This document shows, piece after piece, positions 28,272 through 38,309 of a DNA stretch of 50,189 nucleotides. The stretch comes from Desertifilum sp. SIO1I2. Lineage in GTDB: Bacteria; Cyanobacteriota; Cyanobacteriia; Cyanobacteriales; Desertifilaceae. The notes beneath the pieces are model-generated. The model was not told the DNA's origin. It was given only the letters and a program-made list of their open reading frames with translations, and ran no database searches. The stretch lies in NCBI GenBank assembly GCA_010672635.1, contig JAAHGE010000006.1, positions 20,519-70,707 on the forward strand. Reading direction: 5' to 3'. Position numbers and translations under genes: made by a program. Position 1 is the first letter of the stretch; the number at the start of each line of letters is the position of its first letter.

Positions 28272-28832
28272 ATGGAAATTGTCGATCTCCGACCCGATGC
28301 TAGCGATCGCATTCACCAAGTTGCGACTTTGTTAGTTGAGGGTTTTCGGGAACATCACCCCCAGGCTTGGCCGACGTTAGACAGTGCTTTAGCAGAAGTC
28401 CAAGCATTTTTTGGCGAATCGCGGATTAGCCGAATTGCGATCGCACCTGCTGGCTTCGTCTTAGGATGGATTGGGGGGATTCCCAGTTATGGCGGTCATG
28501 TTTGGGAATTACATCCCCTGGTGGTGCATCCTGCCTGTCAAAACCAAGGCATTGGTCGGGCTTTGGTAGCAGATTTAGAGCAGCAAGTCGGTCAGCGAGG
28601 GGGGTTAACCTTATGGGTGGGAACCGATGACGAAAATGCTCAAACTTCCCTTTCGGGTGTATCGCTTTATCCCAATACCTTAGAAAAACTTGCCCAGATT
28701 CAAAACCTACATCGCCATCCCTATGGGTTTTATCAAAAATGTGGGTTTACTTTAATTGGCGCAATGCCCGATGCTAATGGTCGAGGCAAACCCGATCTGT
28801 TTCTCGCAAAATCAGTAGATACGCATCTTTAG
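28272..28832 (+). CDS. GNAT acetyltransferase, AAC(6')-I-like
   Basis: GWIGG, WELHPLVV, QGIGRALV, GTDDE, HPYGFYQKCGF, PDANGRGKPD. Confidence 0.8.
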   Translation: MEIVDLRPDASDRIHQVATLLVEGFREHHPQAWPTLDSALAEVQAFFGESRISRIAIAPAGFVLGWIGGIPSYGGHVWELHPLVVHPACQNQGIGRALVADLEQQVGQRGGLTLWVGTDDENAQTSLSGVSLYPNTLEKLAQIQNLHRHPYGFYQKCGFTLIGAMPDANGRGKPDLFLAKSVDTHL

Positions 28833-28915
28833 GGGTTCTAGCGGACAAAATGGTATAACAGAAGACGTTGGTTTCAGCCGCATCAATCGCCGCTCTTTTT
28901 CTGGGTACTCGCTCA

Positions 28916-29650
28916 ATGGCTTATGCTCGTCGGTACTTTCGCTTCAGGTCAAAAATTTGGCCTGAAGAACTAGAGGTATTGCATTTTGGTACCTCTGGTT
29001 ATCCTTTACTTCTATTTCCTAGCAGTTGCGGGCGATTTTTTGAGCCAGAGGATCGCGGTTTAATTGCGAGTTTGCGTTGGTACATTGATAGCAGTTATGT
29101 TCAAATCTTTTGTTTAGATACGCGAGATTGGGAAACATTTTTTGCGTCTAATTTAACGCTTCAAGAACGGCGCGATCGCTGGTTGTTACTCGAACGTCAT
29201 TGGGTGAAAGAATTTATCCCCTATGCTTGCGATGAAGCCCAAAATGATTTTCTGGTGGTTGCTGGCTGTGCCCTTGGTGCTACCCATGCGCTCAATTTAG
29301 CTTTACGGCATCCTACGCGGGTTCGTCGCTGTTTGGCGATGGGTGGCATTTACGATCTCGCCCATAGTTCTGCGGTTTTTAGCGAGTTTTCCTCAGCCGA
29401 AAAAGAGCAAGAACTCTATTTTATGAATCCAATGGCTTATATGGCGAATATGAGCCGCGATCGCTGGGTTGATTTAGGGGGATTAAATACCGATATTAAA
29501 CTCCTCACAGCCCATGAAGATGGAGGATTAAGCGAGCATTTGCAGCTCTCAGAACTTTTGCACCGCAACCGCATCCCCCATCATTTAGAAGTGTGGAATG
29601 GCGGTCATGATTGGCATACTTGGGCCGCTCAATTGTCAGCCTTTGCTTAG
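28916..29650 (+). CDS. Putative esterase (alpha/beta hydrolase)
   Basis: HFGTSGYPLLLFP, GCALGA nucleophile elbow, GHDWHTW; start placed at ATG 28916. Confidence 0.75.
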   Translation: MAYARRYFRFRSKIWPEELEVLHFGTSGYPLLLFPSSCGRFFEPEDRGLIASLRWYIDSSYVQIFCLDTRDWETFFASNLTLQERRDRWLLLERHWVKEFIPYACDEAQNDFLVVAGCALGATHALNLALRHPTRVRRCLAMGGIYDLAHSSAVFSEFSSAEKEQELYFMNPMAYMANMSRDRWVDLGGLNTDIKLLTAHEDGGLSEHLQLSELLHRNRIPHHLEVWNGGHDWHTWAAQLSAFA

Positions 29651-30561
29651 AATCGAGTAAACAACGGCAAGACGAGGGTGACAAAATAATAAACTAAAGG
29701 TGCGGTAAAGACATAGCTATCGGCGCGATCGAGAATGCCTCCATGTCCGGGAATGAGTTGTCCGGAATCTTTAACGCCAGCATCTCGCTTCATCATTGAT
29801 TCGGTGAGATCGCCCAATAAGCTAGCAATGCCAATCATTAACCCAAACGCAAACCCCGTTAATAAACCATGCGGCCAATCTAAATACCGCGCCCCCACCA
29901 ACGCGATCGCAATACTCCCCATCACGCCAAATAACGCCCCTTCTACGGTTTTCTTCGGGCTAATCTGCGTCAGGCGCGTCCGTCCAAACATCCGACCAAA
30001 TGTATAAGCGCCAATATCCGCCGCCCAGATGCACAGGAAGGTTAAAAGCGTTACGGTTAACCCTAGGGGCAGCGCTTGCCAGTTTGTCCAATCCTCCGGC
30101 CAGTAGGCGTCTAAGGGCAGGTTGCTGGTGGCTTGGGCGTCTAGCGATCGCAATCTCACCCAATAACTGGGTAGATAGCCGCAATAAAATAAGCCCAAAA
30201 TGGAAGCGGCGATATCGGCGATCGTCGCGAGTTTAGGCTGAAACAATAAATAAAAGCAAATAAAGGTGGCGGCGACGGGTAAAACGGCATCTGCTAGGGG
30301 CGAGGAGAGCGTACAGATGACTAATAAAATCAAGCTAACCACAATGGTGGTTTTAGCCGCCGGCGCAATCCCTTTTGCTCTCACCAGTTGAAAGTATTCT
30401 AACTGACCGAGATAGACAATTGCCCCAAAACATAAGGTAAAGTACCATCCGCCTAGGATCGTCATAGGTAGCGCGATCGCGATCGCTACTAGACCGCTGA
30501 GGATGCGCGACCACGGCAGGGAGAAGCTAGGACTAGAAGAGAACTCGGATGGTGAGGACAT
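29647..30561 (-). CDS. cdsA: Phosphatidate cytidylyltransferase
   Basis: ADIGAY, ISPKKTVEG, GDLTESMMKRDAGVKDSG, PGHGGILDRADS. Confidence 0.95.
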   Translation of the reverse strand: MSSPSEFSSSPSFSLPWSRILSGLVAIAIALPMTILGGWYFTLCFGAIVYLGQLEYFQLVRAKGIAPAAKTTIVVSLILLVICTLSSPLADAVLPVAATFICFYLLFQPKLATIADIAASILGLFYCGYLPSYWVRLRSLDAQATSNLPLDAYWPEDWTNWQALPLGLTVTLLTFLCIWAADIGAYTFGRMFGRTRLTQISPKKTVEGALFGVMGSIAIALVGARYLDWPHGLLTGFAFGLMIGIASLLGDLTESMMKRDAGVKDSGQLIPGHGGILDRADSYVFTAPLVYYFVTLVLPLFTRF

Positions 30562-30716
30562 TATCGGGTTAAGAAAGTTAAGAAACGATTTCGCTTACTT
30601 TAACGACTTTAAGCGCTCATTTGTTTTTTGTCATTCACGCTATCTTGATTTTGCCGCACTCTGCCAGAACTAGCACGGATTCAAAAGTTCAGACTCGCGC
30701 CTGCTGCTAGAGTTCC

Positions 30717-31310
30717 CTAATCTAATTTCTCGCCACTTAAGATAAAAATGGGGTTGACTGCTGCAAAGGTTTGATAAATCCCGCGTTTCTCTAAACGGTT
30801 AATGGAAGACTGAACCACCTCAATATTGCGGACTTGCAGTTCTGCGAATCCTTCGGAAATCGCATACAAGTTTTCTAGGCTGCTAGCAGTGGCGACAATT
30901 CGACCTTGGGGCGTTAAGTGTTGCCAAACGGCTTTTAAGATATCTTTAATCGGTCTACCCCCCTCAATACAGACGCGCTGGGGACGATGGGGTAAATCTT
31001 GCAAGCATTCTGGGGCACTTCCTTCAATCACTTCTACGTTAGAAACCTCAAAGCGATCGCAGTTTCGCCGAATCAGCGCCGCCACATCCTCATCCCGTTC
31101 TACGGCAATAATTTTACCTTGCGGACAGAGCAATCCCGTTTCTACTGGAATCGTCCCCGTTCCCGCCCCAATATCCCATACCACCGAATTCGGTTGCAGT
31201 CGCAAAGCCGAAATCATCAACAGGCGAACTTCTCGCTTGCTCAGAGGAATACCCGGAAGTCTCTCAAACCAATCATCTGGAATTCCCGGAGTGACATAAG
31301 GCCAGCGCAT
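30717..31310 (-). CDS. cbiT: Precorrin-6Y C5,15-methyltransferase (decarboxylating) subunit
   Basis: PGIPDDWF, SKREVR, WDIGAGTGTI, IEGSAP. Confidence 0.9.
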   Translation of the reverse strand: MRWPYVTPGIPDDWFERLPGIPLSKREVRLLMISALRLQPNSVVWDIGAGTGTIPVETGLLCPQGKIIAVERDEDVAALIRRNCDRFEVSNVEVIEGSAPECLQDLPHRPQRVCIEGGRPIKDILKAVWQHLTPQGRIVATASSLENLYAISEGFAELQVRNIEVVQSSINRLEKRGIYQTFAAVNPIFILSGEKLD

Positions 31311-31444
31311 AAGCGATCCGGTAAAAACAACTGTATCTCACCTTTGCAAAGCGAAGATTGTGTTTATCCTACCAAACCTTACCAGTCGCCTCATCTACCT
31401 GCACTGAGGAGTACGATAAATTCAACGATTCGAGAGTTCCGGCT

Positions 31445-32287
31445 ATGCGACGAGATTCCATCTTTTATCAACTGTTCCAACAATCGCCGGAACTGTTATT
31501 TGAGCTACTGGAAAATCCACCAATCAATGCTGAGAACTATCGCTTTGATTCAGTTGCAGTGAAAGAACCTAAGTTTGAAATTGATGGGGTCTTTCTCCCA
31601 CCTGAAGCGGAAACGCCCGGAGTTGTTTTTTTCTGTGAAGTGCAGTTTCAAAAGGATGAACAACTGTATGAGCGATTGTTTGGAGAGTCGTTTCTCTATT
31701 TTTACCGCAACCGCGATCGCTTTGAAGACTGGCAGGCTGTCGTCGTTTATCCATCGCGGATCGTCGAGCAAAGTCAAACCTTACCCTATGAAGATTTACT
31801 CAATGGCGATCGCGTTCATCGCGTTTATTTAGATGAACTGGGCGAAATGGCTCAATTACCGTTAGGGGTTGCTTTAATGGTCTTAACCACGCTTCGAGAA
31901 GATCGAGCCGCACTAGAAGCGCGAAATTTGTTAGCGCGCTCGCAACAGGAGCTACCTCCACCCACAAATCGTGCCATCCTAGAGATGGTAACAACGATTA
32001 TGACGTATAAATTTGCCAATCTCAGTCGGCAAGAGGTTGAAGCGATGTTAGGAATTACCTTACAACAAACGCGGGTCTATCAGGAAGCCAAAGCGGAGGG
32101 ACGCGAAGAGGGAGAGCGATCGCTGATCCTGCGCCTTCTCACTCGACGGGTTGGGGAAGTCCCCGAACCTCTCAGAAAACAAATCGAGACGCTGGCGATC
32201 GCTCAATTAGAATCGCTAGGAGAGGCGTTACTAGATTTTTCCAATCTATCTGACCTAGAAAGTTGGTTGGCTGCAAGGGAAACCTAA
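31445..32287 (+). CDS. Rpn-family recombination-promoting nuclease/putative transposase (DUF2887 + DUF4351 type)
   Basis: MRRDSIFYQLF, KEPKFEIDGVFLP, FCEVQFQKD, QLESLGEALLDF. Confidence 0.85.
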   Translation: MRRDSIFYQLFQQSPELLFELLENPPINAENYRFDSVAVKEPKFEIDGVFLPPEAETPGVVFFCEVQFQKDEQLYERLFGESFLYFYRNRDRFEDWQAVVVYPSRIVEQSQTLPYEDLLNGDRVHRVYLDELGEMAQLPLGVALMVLTTLREDRAALEARNLLARSQQELPPPTNRAILEMVTTIMTYKFANLSRQEVEAMLGITLQQTRVYQEAKAEGREEGERSLILRLLTRRVGEVPEPLRKQIETLAIAQLESLGEALLDFSNLSDLESWLAARET

Positions 32288-32291
32288 GTTT

Positions 32292-33785
32292 TCAACCTTT
32301 AACCACCTTAATGGTTTTTAAGGTGGGATCGCTGCATCCGGTCAGGCTCCCCCCTAAGTTGAGAACTTGCTGTAAATAATCTAGAGTCGCTAGGTTAATT
32401 TCCTCTCCAGGCATTAAAGCCGGAATTCCGGGAGGGTAAGGGCAAATCATTTCCGCACAAATCCGCTCGTCTGCCCGTTCAATCGGGACGCTTTCTGTGG
32501 CAGCAAAGAACGCTTGCCGAGGGGATAATGAAGGATAGAGCCGAAAGGAGGAAGGATGAATAAACAAAAATTCTTCTTTCCACCGGCTAAAAACAGTCTG
32601 TTCTTGAGAAGGGATGCTTAAAGATATCCGAGTTTGGGCTAACTGACGAAAAGCGTTAACCATTGTCTCAATATCAGTCAGCGTATTCCCTAAGCTGATA
32701 ATAAAGGTCAGGTGTTGCCTAGAAGGTAACTCCGCTGTGACGCCAAACTGTTGGCGTAAAATTTCATCCGCTTCATAGCCGCTTATCCCTAATTTACCGA
32801 GGTTCACGCTCATTCGGGTTGGGTCTAAAGTCACAAAACCGGGTGTATGAGCGGCGTGCAAAACAGATAAATTGGGAATTTGAGCAATTTGAGAGTAACA
32901 GTGTTTGGCGAGTTGTAGAGTTTTGCTCATTAATGCTTCGCCGTGGAGAGCCATTTGTTGGCGGGTTGCATCTAAAGAGGCCAGTAACAGATAGCTAGGG
33001 CTAGTCGATTGGAGGAGGCGCAAGGCTTGAGAAATGCGATCGCCATCAATTCGTTGCCCTTGAAGATGGAGCATAGAAGCTTGAGTCATTGCCCCTAATA
33101 CCTTATGTGCCGATTGTACGGCTAAATCTGCACCGCTGGCCAGGGCAGAGGGGGGGAGGTCTGGGTGAAAGGCGAAATGGGGGCCGTGTGCTTCGTCTAC
33201 AAGTAGGGGAATTCCGTGTTGATGACAAATTTGGGCGATCGCCCCCACATCCCCACACGCGCCATAATAGGTGGGATAGACGAGCATCACCGCTTTGGCA
33301 TCGGGGTGGACTTGCAGGGCATTGGCGACTGCATTCGGTGTAATACTGTGGGCTAAATCGAGATCGGGGTCATATTCTGGCGTCACAAAAATGGGGATAG
33401 CCCCCGATAAAATCAAACCTGCGATCGCGCTTTGATGCACATTGCGCGGCAAGATAATCTTATCGCCCTCGCCACAAGTCGCTAAAATCGCCGCCATCAC
33501 CCCACAAGTTGAGCCATTTACCAAAAACCAAGTGCGTTCTGCACCAAAAGCTTCTGCGGCTAGGTTTTGTGCGGCTTCAATCGCCCCGCAAGGCGCAAAT
33601 AAGTTATCGAGTTCGGGTAACTCCGGCAAATCCGCACGAAATACCTGTTCTCCTAGGACATCTCGCAGTTGTGGCGAAACCCCGACCCCGCGCTTATGTC
33701 CTGGCGCATAAAACGCGGCGTCGGGTTTGTTAGCCAATTCTTGGAGAGCTGTTAATAAAGGGGTTGTTGCTTGAGGCGTTTGCAT
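32292..33785 (-). CDS. Orn/Lys/Arg decarboxylase class I (PLP-dependent)
   Basis: PGHKRG, DLPELPELD, NGST, PRNVHQS, VDEAHG, QSAHK, SPSYLLLASLD, YPPGIP. Confidence 0.9.
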   Translation of the reverse strand: MQTPQATTPLLTALQELANKPDAAFYAPGHKRGVGVSPQLRDVLGEQVFRADLPELPELDNLFAPCGAIEAAQNLAAEAFGAERTWFLVNGSTCGVMAAILATCGEGDKIILPRNVHQSAIAGLILSGAIPIFVTPEYDPDLDLAHSITPNAVANALQVHPDAKAVMLVYPTYYGACGDVGAIAQICHQHGIPLLVDEAHGPHFAFHPDLPPSALASGADLAVQSAHKVLGAMTQASMLHLQGQRIDGDRISQALRLLQSTSPSYLLLASLDATRQQMALHGEALMSKTLQLAKHCYSQIAQIPNLSVLHAAHTPGFVTLDPTRMSVNLGKLGISGYEADEILRQQFGVTAELPSRQHLTFIISLGNTLTDIETMVNAFRQLAQTRISLSIPSQEQTVFSRWKEEFLFIHPSSFRLYPSLSPRQAFFAATESVPIERADERICAEMICPYPPGIPALMPGEEINLATLDYLQQVLNLGGSLTGCSDPTLKTIKVVKG

Positions 33786-34017
33786 CGTTAGCTACATCGG
33801 GTAGATTGCCACTCTGGAGAAGACAAGGGAGTTTGGCATTGGGGGAAGAAGAATTTTTGGGATCTGTTCAACAACTCTACTCAGCACCGATCGCGAAGCA
33901 CTTTGTTATGGACTCCGCGAAACTGTATTCCCCACTGACTAAACCCTATTTTGACAGATGTCAGAGACGCGCTTTCTTTTTACTCTAGGGGAAGTTGGCT
34001 CTCAGAGAACTCATATT

Positions 34018-34233
34018 GTGATTAATCCGATTCCTCAACCCGCTCCCCCCGCTCCTCCCGTCCCCGAACCCATACCCGATCCCGTTCCCAGTCCAGTTCC
34101 CTCCCCCGTCCCCGAACCCATCCCCAACCCCGTACCCGAACCCGTTCCTGCACCCATTCCGCAACCCGTTCCCGCGCCAGTTCCTCAACCGATTCCTGGC
34201 CCGGCACCCCAACCGGTTCCGCAACCCCAGTAA
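34018..34233 (+). CDS. Small proline-rich tetrapeptide-repeat protein
   Basis: GTG 34018; P-x-P-[VI] repeats encoded by degenerate 12-bp repeats; same strand as ychF. Confidence 0.5.
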   Translation: MINPIPQPAPPAPPVPEPIPDPVPSPVPSPVPEPIPNPVPEPVPAPIPQPVPAPVPQPIPGPAPQPVPQPQ

Positions 34234-34362
34234 AATAAGCTTGATAGCTGTAGCTCTAAAGATGAGGACAATACCCCTTGCTGAAGCGATCGCCCATAGA
34301 GGGCTTCCTTACTTGGCTATAGCTTCAATTGCGAACTTAATTTTACTGCCCACGAATCTAAA

Positions 34363-35454
34363 ATGCTCAGAGCTGGAATTGTTGGACTGCCAAACGTTGG
34401 TAAATCAACGCTATTTAATGCCTTAGTGGCGAATGCGAAGGCACAAGCTGCAAATTTTCCGTTTTGCACGATTGAACCGAATGTGGGAGTGGTTGCGGTT
34501 CCAGACGAACGCCTGGAAGTTTTGGCCAAAATTTCTAATTCTGAGCAAATTATCCCCACTCGGATTGAGTTTGTGGATATTGCAGGCTTGGTAAAGGGTG
34601 CCAGTCAAGGTGAAGGTTTAGGTAATCAGTTTTTAGCCAATATTCGCGAAGTGGATGCGATTGTCCATGTGGTGCGTTGTTTTGAAGATGATGACATTAT
34701 TCATGTGTCGGGTTCTGTCGATCCGGTTCGCGATATTGAAGTGATTAATCTGGAATTGGCATTGGCGGATTTGTCCCAGGTGGAACGCCGGATCGATCGC
34801 GCGCGCAAGCAGGCGCGGGGAAATAAAGAGGCTCAGGTTGAAGTCGATGCGTTGGAGAAGTTGCTGGCGGTTCTCAATCAAGGTCAATCCGCGCGGAATG
34901 CTAATCTGACGGAGGAAGAAGCGGAGTCGGTACAATCTTTGGGTCTATTAACGGCTAAACCTGTCATTTATGCCACGAATGTCACTGAAGACGATTTGGC
35001 GGCGGGGAATGCTTGGGTGGAGCAAGTCCGCGAGGTAGCCGTTCAAGAACAGGCTCAAGTAGTGGTGGTTTCGGCTCAGGTGGAATCTGAGTTAGTGGAA
35101 TTGTCGGAAGCAGAACGAGTCGATTTTCTCTCGGCGTTGGGGGTAGAGGAGGGCGGTTTGCGATCGCTCATTCGCGCCACCTATAATCTGTTGGGTCTGC
35201 GAACCTACCTGACGACGGGACCGAAGGAAACTCGCGCTTGGACGATTACGGCCGGAATGAAAGCTCCCCAAGCGGCAGGCGTGATTCACACGGATTTTGA
35301 GCGCGGTTTTATTCGAGCCGAGACGGTTGCTTACCAGGATTTAGTCGCTACGGGTTCGATGAGTGCGGCAAAAGAGAAAGGTTTAGTGAGAAGCGAAGGC
35401 AAGGAGTATGTCGTCCAAGAGGGCGATGTGTTGCTCTTCCGCTTTAATGTCTAG
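34363..35454 (+). CDS. ychF: Redox-regulated ATPase YchF
   Basis: GIVGLPNVGKST, FPFCTIEPN, DIAGLVKGASQGEGLGNQFL, EGKEYVVQEGD. Confidence 0.97.
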   Translation: MLRAGIVGLPNVGKSTLFNALVANAKAQAANFPFCTIEPNVGVVAVPDERLEVLAKISNSEQIIPTRIEFVDIAGLVKGASQGEGLGNQFLANIREVDAIVHVVRCFEDDDIIHVSGSVDPVRDIEVINLELALADLSQVERRIDRARKQARGNKEAQVEVDALEKLLAVLNQGQSARNANLTEEEAESVQSLGLLTAKPVIYATNVTEDDLAAGNAWVEQVREVAVQEQAQVVVVSAQVESELVELSEAERVDFLSALGVEEGGLRSLIRATYNLLGLRTYLTTGPKETRAWTITAGMKAPQAAGVIHTDFERGFIRAETVAYQDLVATGSMSAAKEKGLVRSEGKEYVVQEGDVLLFRFNV

Positions 35455-35505
35455 CCACTCTAAGAAGAGACGTTCTTTCTAGGGCGTCTCTATCGCCTTC
35501 TAGAC

Positions 35506-36765
35506 CTAGCGGTTTCCCTGAATAATGTGTTTCGTGGTCGTCAAGCTCTCTAGCCCAATTAAACCGCGACGGAAGCCCTTTTGGTTAGACATTCCCAGGA
35601 AGATTGCGCTTCCGCGTTGGGGATGGCGATAGAAGCGAGGGCTATTGTTGATGAAGGCGGCGGCGCTATTGATTAACAGCGCGAATTGGCGGCTCTCATG
35701 ATAGGATTCTGTCACCAGACAGTTGGCATGACCGCTGCTATAGCGATTCATCCAGGCGATCGCAAACTCTAAGTTTTCGACGCTCTTAAACGTCACCACT
35801 TTGCGTAAATAGGCTTGACTCCACTCACTAGGATTCGCCACGATTAGCTCTGGAAACTCGGCAACTAAAGCCGGATCTCCCCGCAATTCAAAGCCTTTTT
35901 CTTTCAAGCCGTTGAGCAGCGTGACTAGGGCGGTATAACTCTGATCGTGGTGAATCAAGACCTTTTCAATGGCATTGACGGGATCGGGTTCGCTTTGGTG
36001 CGAATCAATAATCATCCATCGCGCCAAATCCAAGCTACCCGAAAGCCCCCAATACAGATAACAATTGCCCATTGCGGACTTTAAGACAGGGGCGGTTGCC
36101 TGTTTAACGACCTGTTCGACGAGGCTAGGGCGACCGTAGGGAATAATCAGGTTAATGTATTGATCGAGCTTTACGAGGTCGCGAATGGATGCGCCCGGAT
36201 CGGCCGGTAATAATTCTAAGCTACTAGGCGGCAAACCCGATTCTTCGATGGCTCGCTGAAGCACCTGAGCAATAATGGTATTGGAGTTAATGGCTTCGCT
36301 GCCTCCTCGCAAAACCAGGCTATTAGCCGTTTTTAGGCACAAGCCGGCTGCAATGACGCCCAGTTCGGGAAAGGCTTCGTAAATTAGGGCAATTGTCCCC
36401 AGGGGCATTCTCTGACAGTAGGTTTGACAATACTCGACTTGATAGGGAGTGCTGAGGGCTTCTTGGATTGGATCGGGCAGTTCGGCGAGTCGATGGAGAA
36501 TTTGGACTGCTGTTTGCAGGCGTTCGGGAGTTAGTTTCAGCCATTCCAAAATTAAATCGGGAACGGCCATTTCGCGGGAGGCTTCGAGATCGAGGGTATT
36601 GGCTTCGAGAATGTTATCGATGGCTTTTTCTAAAGCCCCTGCCATCGCTTTAAGGGTCTGATTGCGATGGACTCCCTTAGCGTTTGCTAATTCTAAGGAA
36701 GCCTGGTAAGCGCGGCTAACGGCTGCCGTCGCGGTGGGTGAAGGAACAGTGGAGTCAGTTGTCAT
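35506..36765 (-). CDS. proA: Gamma-glutamyl phosphate reductase paralog (ProA2-like)
   Basis: ANTLDLEAS, MPLGTIALIYEAFP, LRGGSEA, YSSGHAN; the catalytic CNA motif reads VNA. Confidence 0.8.
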   Translation of the reverse strand: MTTDSTVPSPTATAAVSRAYQASLELANAKGVHRNQTLKAMAGALEKAIDNILEANTLDLEASREMAVPDLILEWLKLTPERLQTAVQILHRLAELPDPIQEALSTPYQVEYCQTYCQRMPLGTIALIYEAFPELGVIAAGLCLKTANSLVLRGGSEAINSNTIIAQVLQRAIEESGLPPSSLELLPADPGASIRDLVKLDQYINLIIPYGRPSLVEQVVKQATAPVLKSAMGNCYLYWGLSGSLDLARWMIIDSHQSEPDPVNAIEKVLIHHDQSYTALVTLLNGLKEKGFELRGDPALVAEFPELIVANPSEWSQAYLRKVVTFKSVENLEFAIAWMNRYSSGHANCLVTESYHESRQFALLINSAAAFINNSPRFYRHPQRGSAIFLGMSNQKGFRRGLIGLESLTTTKHIIQGNR

Positions 36766-37178
36766 CTAGAACGTCTGTAAGCCAGCCATTGCATGAGTGC
36801 CAGCAGTAGGACAACTAACAGCGGCACCATAACCCAGAGAATAATATCAAAGCCTGATGGAGAAACGAGAAATACTAAAGAAAGCCACACAACGGGCAGC
36901 ACGAGGATGGTAAACAGGGCAACGGATAAGTAATGTTCTCGGAGTCCGGAGTGCGCTTTGATCCACTGATGACCTGTCCAGCACCATGCTTTTTTATAGG
37001 GATAGTTGGTTGAGAGTTGTTCGATAACGTGACCGTTTTCTTCAACAACAAAGATTTGCTGGCATTTATTGCAGCCAAAGGCTTCGGTCAAGGTAATCGG
37101 AGTAATCCGACCCCGGCGACCGCAAGGGCAAGGGTAGTCAGCGTTGAGGTCTATTTTTTGAGCTTTCTGGGATGGCAC
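36762..37178 (-). CDS. Conserved hypothetical membrane protein with CPC...CxxC
   Basis: YPCPCGRRG, TEAFGCNKCQQIF, two C-terminal TM helices. Confidence 0.7.
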   Translation of the reverse strand: MPSQKAQKIDLNADYPCPCGRRGRITPITLTEAFGCNKCQQIFVVEENGHVIEQLSTNYPYKKAWCWTGHQWIKAHSGLREHYLSVALFTILVLPVVWLSLVFLVSPSGFDIILWVMVPLLVVLLLALMQWLAYRRSR

Positions 37179-37418
37179 AAGCAGCAGTCGAACTAACTAA
37201 AATAAATTTAAAACCACCTGAAGCAAAAGGGGATTTGGAAGTTTCCCCGTAGATACTCTTTAAGCGTACAAGTTTGAGCGGCTACTGCCAACCAAACGTT
37301 TACTCCTCTACGAAGTAGAGGATGGGCAAATTTTAGCATTGCTAGCTGGGAGAAGGAGGAGATTTATTGAGGATATCCGCCTGTTAACTTGGCTTTATCC
37401 CTTTGGGTAGATTTCAAA

Positions 37419-37490
37419 AGCGGGTAACGCGATTCGAACGCGCGACATTCACCTTGGCAAGGTGACGCTCTACCACTGAGCTATACCCGC
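37419..37490 (-). tRNA. tRNA-Gly (GCC)
   Basis: GCGGGTATAGCTCAGTGGTAGAGCGTCACCTTGCCAAGGTGAATGTCGCGCGTTCGAATCGCGTTACCCGCT; cloverleaf, anticodon GCC, no encoded CCA. Confidence 0.97.
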
Positions 37491-37514
37491 AAAATTCATT
37501 GCTTATCTATACTC

Positions 37515-38048
37515 TCAAAAAGACCGGAGCTTGTCAACCCCCTCTAGCTCGAAAGAAAAACAATCTCGGCTAAGGGCTTGTTGCGATCGCGACCGGGCGT
37601 TTTCTTGCAAGCGATCGAGCGTTTCAATAAAATCGCGAATGCCTTGAAACTGGCGATAAACCGACGCAAAACGGACATACGCCACTTCGCTCAACGGTTG
37701 CAGCCGCAGCAATACCATTTCACCAATATCGCTACTGCTGACTTCGGGAGTAGCTTGTTGTTGAAGTTCTGCTTCAATTTCATCGACGAAGGCTTCTAGG
37801 CGTCCCAAGGGAATCCCGGTTTTCTCGCAAGCTCGCACGACACCGCGCAACAGCTTGGAACGGTCAAAGGATTCTCGCTGTCCATCCCGCTTGATCACCG
37901 TAATGGAAACGTATTCGATCCGTTCGTAAGTAGTAAAGCGACGCTTGCAGTTTAAGCATTCGCGCCGCCGCCTAACACTCTGACCAGCTTCTGCTGCTCG
38001 CGATTCTAAAACTCGACTATCTGTGTGCTGGCAGAATGGACACCGCAT
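37515..38048 (-). CDS. nrdR: Transcriptional repressor NrdR
   Basis: [26 protein letters not shown] cone, AYVRFASVY. Confidence 0.97.
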   Translation of the reverse strand: MRCPFCQHTDSRVLESRAAEAGQSVRRRRECLNCKRRFTTYERIEYVSITVIKRDGQRESFDRSKLLRGVVRACEKTGIPLGRLEAFVDEIEAELQQQATPEVSSSDIGEMVLLRLQPLSEVAYVRFASVYRQFQGIRDFIETLDRLQENARSRSQQALSRDCFSFELEGVDKLRSF

Positions 38049-38086
38049 GATCGAAGCCTTTCAAGCAGGATGGACGAACAAAAGCG

Positions 38087-38182
38087 TTATTTGCCGATGC
38101 GAGGGGGTTCGCGGAAGGCGATCGCAAAGAAAAGCGTACCGATCGCTAAAGCCAGAATCAAGATATAAGCAGCGCTTTCCAT
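38087..38182 (-). CDS. psbT: Photosystem II protein T
   Basis: [31 protein letters not shown] downstream of psbB; not in the ORF track. Confidence 0.95.
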   Translation of the reverse strand: MESAAYILILALAIGTLFFAIAFREPPRIGK

Positions 38183-38309
38183 GTCAGAAATTCCTGATAC
38201 TTTCCCTTTTAGTTTACCGAATAATGGCGATCGAAACGCACTTGAGCAGTTTTAAACAACAGGGGCAGGAAAATCCCACCCCTATTGCGGCTAACAGCTC
38301 AAGCTCGTA

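Noticed and set aside
33985-34224. Gly-rich antisense ORF
   Set aside because: It is the expected shadow of the Pro-rich repeat; weak TTG start; cannot be fully excluded without expression data.
37419-37490. tRNA-Gly as an integration site
   Set aside because: Flanked by core genes, and no duplicated tRNA 3' end was seen in the window.
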